A stretch of 51,583 nt of DNA, counting the filler, from Sphacelaria rigidula (lineage: Eukaryota), in assembly GCA_964200075.2 (NCBI GenBank). It is 3 parts of 3 records of this genome, joined end to end, with 100 filler letters (N's around TTAATTAATTAA, not from the genome) between each part and the next. Parts side by side here need not be neighbours in the genome. Positions count along the whole stretch, not along the records: positions 34,459 to 51,583 come from CAXNAA020001161.1; 2 more parts are not named here. One strand, 5' to 3'. The translations under genes and the position numbers were made by a program. Positions 47,800 to 51,583 of the stretch are shown one piece after another. The notes below the pieces were generated by a model. The model searched no databases. It was not told the DNA's origin and worked only from the letters and a program-made list of their open reading frames with translations. Position 1 is the stretch's first letter. Every line of letters starts with the position of its first letter.

Positions 47800-49643
47800 G
47801 TGTATACACAAAACCATGGTTTGCGTTCGTGCTGATACATTTTTTTTGTAAGTCTCACGATTGCCCTGTACGTCCTCTTTGAATTTCGGACTTAGACTCT
47901 AGATTTGTTCGCTATCCGCTCGGAGGCGGCTGTGCTAGGAGGGCTGAACGGTTTCAGCATGGCCAGAAGAAATAGTCTATAGGTGAATCCATCTGACTCA
48001 CGCCGTGCAAAACGGATGTTCAACCCCCGATCATGGCCGGCTTCCTCGCTACCGTCGTGGAGCCCGCCCAAACCGGAAGCCGGTACAGAATGCCTACAAA
48101 ACAAACAGGCGTCACAGGTTAGTCCTTTTGGTATCGGCAAGGAAAAAGTGCGGATTTCGAGGTGCTGCTTTTCTAGCAACGCATGGCTGATTGTTTGCGG
48201 CTTTCAAGGATCACGAGTTTGCCCAACGTGTGTTTTCCAGACCCGCGACCACTTATAACTGGCGGTGAATCCCGTAATTATATACTGTATTGCACCTCAA
48301 TCGTTTCACGTGTGGTGAGGGGAGTTCTGTGTGCTTGGCCATACTATTTTGTTCCTCAGATGTAGCTGAGCACGCTTGCCAAGAAGTGTTGGGCGGGTAC
48401 GACCTCCGGAATGCAGAACGACAATGCTCTGATGGGGTGAGTCACCTCTATAAATGTGTCCCGCAGTGCCACACGGGACTAAATATATAGAAAATTTAAA
48501 GGTGGTGCTGATTTTCGTTGTATGTCATTCAGAGGCTGCGGTGTTGTTGCTGTGTGCACAAAGTTGAACATACTTGACCTGCTGCGTCCTCTCATTCGGT
48601 AAAACTAATCCAACCGCACTGGGGTGACATTCTTGGTGCGAGCATGGCGTCTGTCGGTGGATTCTTCTGTGGCCTCCCGCCGTAAAACTGGTTGCTGTCG
48701 GTATTTTTTTACCCATTGTTTCTTCTTCGTCAGCGCCTGACATGATGAGCTGTCTGGACCGGGGGCGGGAGGGGGGGGACCCAAAAGGGTTGGTGAGAGA
48801 TACTTGTAGAACGATTCCGTTGCGTAGCTCCAAACTATCATGCAATAGGGTCGTGCTTACGTTATATATACTCGATCAGTCGGTTTTGATGCTGAACTGA
48901 AGTGGTTGGGAGTTTGTATATCTCAAGCTAACTTCTTTGCACTGGAGCGAAGAACTCCGCGTTGCATTTTGGAATTAGACTCTGATATTTCGCACATATC
49001 AACCATGACTTATTGCAAACCATTTGAGGGTTGGGGTCTTTGTTGGGGTCTTCAGTTATGTTTTACGCCGGATGTCGAGATCGCAGAAAGGTGTTCACAC
49101 GCGGCCAATCGGCCCGTCCCTGAAATCCCTCTACCGCGTTTTTTTCTCGTAGAGTATAAAATGGCCCTCTGGAGGATATAATACCCTCTAGTTGATCATT
49201 ATGCCGCTGAAGTGTACAATACGCGAAGCCTCCAGAGGACACATGATGCTCTGGAGCACGTGAAATTACTTAGGGTTTCTCTGTGAGAAATTGAAGAAGT
49301 GACCTCGGGGATCCACCGATGATGGCCCCAAGGCGCTTTCGCGACTCCACAGGAAAGAGCGGTACAATACTCTGTGGTGTGTAAGCTTACCCCTTGAATT
49401 CGGGCTACATTAGGCCTCTGGAAGACACTTGTGTCCTCCATAGACCAACCGTCCAATATCCCTCCGGAAGAGCAACCGATAATCGTCTCTGGTGAAATTT
49501 CGCGACTCCAGAGAGAATAAACAGTGGATCATCGAAGGTGAGGATGGATAATTTAATTGAGGATGAAAGCCCGGAAATTTCAAACCTTCGCATCTACACC
49601 AATTCATCGAGACGTGGCTTAATTCCATCATCTCTTGTATCAC

Positions 49644-50035
49644 CAGTATATGGGATTTCTACCGCAGCGGCTCTTGAGAATACATCCTCGTTGTGCCCTA
49701 TTGGATAAGTTGGGGAAAACAAGGATTATTTTCGAACAACTTCTGCTGTAAAATCTCATAAACTGCACTGTACAGCCAATGTATGGGGTTTCTACAGCAG
49801 AAGTTGTTTGAAAATACATCCTGATTGTCCAGTTGAAAACGTTGGGCAAGAGGATGACTCGTTTCGAACAACCTCGGCTGTACACATCCCATCAACCGGC
49901 GATACAGCACAGTGTATGGGATTTCTACAGCAGAGACTACTCAAAATATATCCTCGTTTTCCCCAGCTTATTCAATTGGGCGCAGCAACGGTTTACTTCG
50001 AACGGCCTTTGCTGTTCGAATCCCATGTATACCGT
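49644..50035. repeat. Three tandem ~135-bp palindromic units
   Basis: Each unit starts TATGGG.TTTCTAC.GCAG and ends with the complementary GCTGT...ATC.CAT. Confidence 0.75.
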
Positions 50036-50861
50036 AAGCAATGTGAGCTTCCCACAGTACGAGTGTCTTCAGAATCAATCCAGAGGATTTCAATATTGGC
50101 ACAAACTCTCGACGGAGACCCCAATGTTGAGAATCCTCGAGAAGGAGACTCCGACATTAAAAACGGCCAAAAGGATTGCGGAGGATTAAGAGATTTCGGT
50201 AGGGAGTTTCGAAGCGGATCGTATGCTGCGAGACTCGAGAAAAATCCACTCCATAGTTGCCAACGCTAGATGAATGGCAGCGTGTGATGTGATCACCAAA
50301 GAACACGTGTCCCGATGGGACTTCGCTCCCCACGATAACCGGTGATAAAACAGAACATCCAAAGCCACCAACCTTCGAAAGTTTAGTAATTACCGAGCCA
50401 TCCTACGACAGGGAGGGGGTATTTTGAGCCACTTCTTGAACGAAATTCCGAGGCAAATCGCCGCTGAAATCAGGAACGGTTGCTTGAACGAGCTTGTAAT
50501 AGATACATGACGCTCATTCATACCGATTGACACCATTTTGAACCAAATACAAGCGCATCGCGAGTGTTGCAGGTCATCTGACACACTTGTTAGCCTTTTT
50601 TTTCGTGCAACCAAATCCCCCCCCCCCCTATCGTACGATGACTCAACCCATGGTACCTGTGTGCATGTTCTTGGAAAAGACGAGCGATGAAGGCTTGTGG
50701 ATGAGTGAATTGGTGCGTGACAAGCGCGATCAAGTCTATACGTCTGTATATTGAGTGTTTGAAAAACGTGCATCCGAATATGCTGTTGGGGACGGTTGGG
50801 ATATGAGGTTCCTATGATGCACACCGTCACTGTCGGTTCTGCATATATGATTTATCTGCTG

Positions 50862-51583
50862 TAAACGACACTTTCCACGATAAACTCCTCCAAAAAAGTG
50901 CACTGTTTTCAGAGGCAAAATATTCACGTAAATTGGAATGGGAAAAGCCGAGCACGACGAGCAGCTGGGAATTCCCAGGCTTGGGTTCGTTCTAGCCAAT
51001 GTCGCCAATACGAGGCGCTTCATGCAGCCAGAACCCAAACGTCAGGCGCTGTATGGCCATTTGTTTCGTGGCACGTTTGGGCTGGTTTTTGGGGGGGTCT
51101 ATCGTACAAAGTGCCAAACGATACCTCCCCCTTCTATTGGGTCAGGGTATATCTGCATACATGATTTATCTGCGTCAACGAAGCACCTCCTTCCAGAATC
51201 GCTCAACCCGTCTCGTCGACATCTTATTTCCCGTCAGAACCCACGCCGCCTGCCGCGAACGGAAATCCTCGGTTCCTCGTTTGTTTTTCGCTCTTGCCTA
51301 GTGTTCTTGTGACACTCCTCCTGTCCGTATGCTTGATACATACCCCGTGGTGCATAACCTTCACGCAGAAGTTCTCCTGCCTAGGCTCTCTCCTCCAGGC
51401 CTGCGGGAATCTCACATTGGCGACGTTCTCTGCCGACTATCCAGTACTTTTACGTAACGAGCCGACACTTTCTACGATAGCCTCCCCCCAAAAAGTGCAT
51501 GGTTTTGGGAGGCGAAATCTTCACGTGAATCGAAATGGGAAAAGTCGAGCACAACGAGAAGCTGGGAATTCCCACGCTTGGGT
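50862..51583 (+). repeat. ~125-bp direct repeats (50862-50988 and 51460-51583; weaker copy ~41630-41720)
   Basis: AATGGGAAAAG.CGAGCAC.ACGAG.AGCTGGGAATTCCCA.GCTTGGGT is shared. Confidence 0.8.

Noticed and set aside
41330-50240. One giant inverted-repeat element enclosing the LTR retrotransposon
   Set aside because: The two inverted blocks occur in the same order on both sides, which does not fit a single pair of TIRs.

Overview
Eukaryotic, intron-rich and transposon-rich DNA, most likely from a brown alga (Phaeophyceae), judged from an EsV-1-7 repeat gene, multi-kb introns, RTE LINEs and TTAGGG repeats. The window is three contigs (17130, 17128 and 17125 bp) joined by artificial N44-TTAATTAATTAA-N44 spacers, so linkage across the gaps should not be assumed. 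Contig 1 holds a minus-strand POP3/RPP38-like (L7Ae fold) gene apparently head-to-head with a plus-strand SRFBP1/BUD22-like gene. It also holds a train of four abutting TTA-separated PIF/Harbinger-type MITEs. Contig 2 holds a minus-strand multi-exon EsV-1-7 repeat gene, a divergent RING-finger first exon, decayed LINEs and nested MITEs. Contig 3 holds an internally deleted Ty3/Gypsy chromovirus with both LTRs and a nested SINE, plus many small repeats. A Tc1/mariner-type MITE family with an internal hairpin, whose two arms co-vary within each copy, occurs four times. All protein and element family calls come from motif recognition by eye, not from database searches.
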